From NCBI GenBank assembly GCA_963649145.1, contig CAVJGI010000002.1, positions 4,105-68,104 of the forward strand: DNA of 64,000 nucleotides. The letters are read 5' to 3'. The position numbers and the translations under genes were made by a program. The stretch comes from Ruminococcus bicirculans (ex Wegman et al. 2014) (lineage in GTDB: Bacteria > Bacillota > Clostridia > Oscillospirales > Oscillospiraceae). Below, in pieces: positions 63,141 through 64,000 of the stretch. Numbering within the stretch: position 1 is the first letter of the stretch; each line of letters begins with the position of its first letter. The notes beneath the pieces are model-generated. The model saw only the letters and a list, made by a program, of their open reading frames with translations. It did no database searches and was not told the DNA's origin.

Positions 63141-64000
63141 ATGTCATACAGAAGCGACATCGAAATCGCGCAGGCGTGCGAAATGCAGCCGATTATGCAG
63201 ATCGCCGACCGCGCACACGTTGACGAAAAATTTGTGGAGCCCTACGGGCGCTATAAAGCCAAGATCGATCCGGCACTGCTGCGGGAAACGCAGCGGGGCG
63301 AGGGGAAGCTGGTCCTTGTGACCGCCATCACGCCCACCCCGGCGGGGGAGGGCAAGACCACGACGACCATCGGTCTTGCCGACGGGCTGCGCCGCATCGG
63401 ACGCGACGCGGTCGTCGCCCTGCGCGAGCCCTCGCTCGGTCCCGTGTTCGGCGTCAAGGGCGGCGCCGCCGGCGGCGGCTATGCGCAGGTCGTTCCGATG
63501 GAGGACATCAACCTCCACTTCACCGGCGACTTCCACGCCATCGGTGCGGCAAACAATCTGCTCGCCGCCATGCTCGATAACCATATTCAACAGGGCAACG
63601 CCCTCCATATCGACCCTCGGCGCATCACGTGGAAGCGCTGCGTCGATATGAACGACCGCCAGCTCCGTTTTATCGTGGACGGTCTCGGCGGAAAAGCCAA
63701 CGGCACCCCGCGCGAGGATGGCTTCGATATCACTGTCGCGAGCGAGATCATGGCGGTGTTCTGCCTCGCAAGCTCCGTCGCGGACCTGAAGGAGCGCCTC
63801 GGCAGGATCGTTGTGGCTTACACCTATGACGACGAGCCCGTCACCGCGGCGGATCTCCGCGCCGTCGGCGCGATGACCGCGCTGCTGCGCGACGCGCTGA
63901 AGCCGAATCTGGTCCAGACGCTGGAGGGCACGCCCGCATTTGTCCACGGCGGTCCCTTCGCGAACATCGCCCACGGCTGCAACAGCGTGATGGCGACGCG
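63141..64000 (+). CDS. fhs: formate--tetrahydrofolate ligase (3' end outside the window; not in the ORF track)
   Basis: Translated by hand from the ATG at 63141 after AGGAGGAG: [11 protein letters not shown]...[20 protein letters not shown]...[18 protein letters not shown]...[10 protein letters not shown]. The frame is open to the window end. Confidence 0.93.
   Translation, partial: MSYRSDIEIAQACEMQPIMQIADRAHVDEKFVEPYGRYKAKIDPALLRETQRGEGKLVLVTAITPTPAGEGKTTTTIGLADGLRRIGRDAVVALREPSLGPVFGVKGGAAGGGYAQVVPMEDINLHFTGDFHAIGAANNLLAAMLDNHIQQGNALHIDPRRITWKRCVDMNDRQLRFIVDGLGGKANGTPREDGFDITVASEIMAVFCLASSVADLKERLGRIVVAYTYDDEPVTAADLRAVGAMTALLRDALKPNLVQTLEGTPAFVHGGPFANIAHGCNSVMAT

Overview
By eye this window is about 65-70% GC and looks like chromosome from a spore-forming Clostridia-type Firmicute (pro-sigma-K, DegV, DHHW/MBOAT pair). 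Most of it is core genome.

Gene content in order:
- A cysteine desulfurase 3' end.
- A decayed corrinoid-activation cluster: DUF2284, a truncated RACo-like ASKHA protein and a PocR/AraC regulator.
- sigK, a HAD hydrolase and DegV.
- An OmpR/HK two-component system with a membrane protein and two tandem VanY-type D,D-carboxypeptidases.
- The rimP-nusA-ylxR-L7Ae-infB-rbfA-nrnA-truB-ribF block.
- A feoA-feoB fusion, then DHHW, MBOAT and a Xer-like recombinase.
- An AlaA-like aminotransferase, two tRNA-Ser genes and a GNAT.
- A beta-phosphoglucomutase next to an Fbp/Afu-type ABC importer, which faces a divergently transcribed binding-protein/YesM/YesN sensor.
- ybaK-uvrA-recD2-comFC-mreB.
- An alpha/beta hydrolase, thioredoxin and an FTR-like subunit.
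- guaB, then a ZTP-riboswitch-controlled purE-(frameshifted GNAT)-purC-purF-purM-purN-purO-purH-purD-purL-fhs operon. fhs runs off the 3' edge and is absent from the ORF track.

I found no CRISPR array, no recognisable IS transposase and no prophage.

The most unusual signals are non-coding or structural:
1. Three unrelated inserts sit directly at intrinsic terminators between convergent genes. Each is bracketed by an exact 21-30 bp direct duplication. They are a low-GC lipoprotein cassette, an orphan promoter-gene cassette, and a 233-bp fold-back element with terminal inverted repeats.
2. A CTTCAC-phased mini-hairpin array lies after the tRNA-Ser pair and shares a 14-nt module with the fold-back element.
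3. The only PurF in the pur operon lacks the N-terminal catalytic Cys.
4. The ABC ATPase carries an insertion of about 120 aa.
5. The RACo-like gene appears to be a deletion chimera.

All family assignments come from motif recognition by eye. No database search was run.
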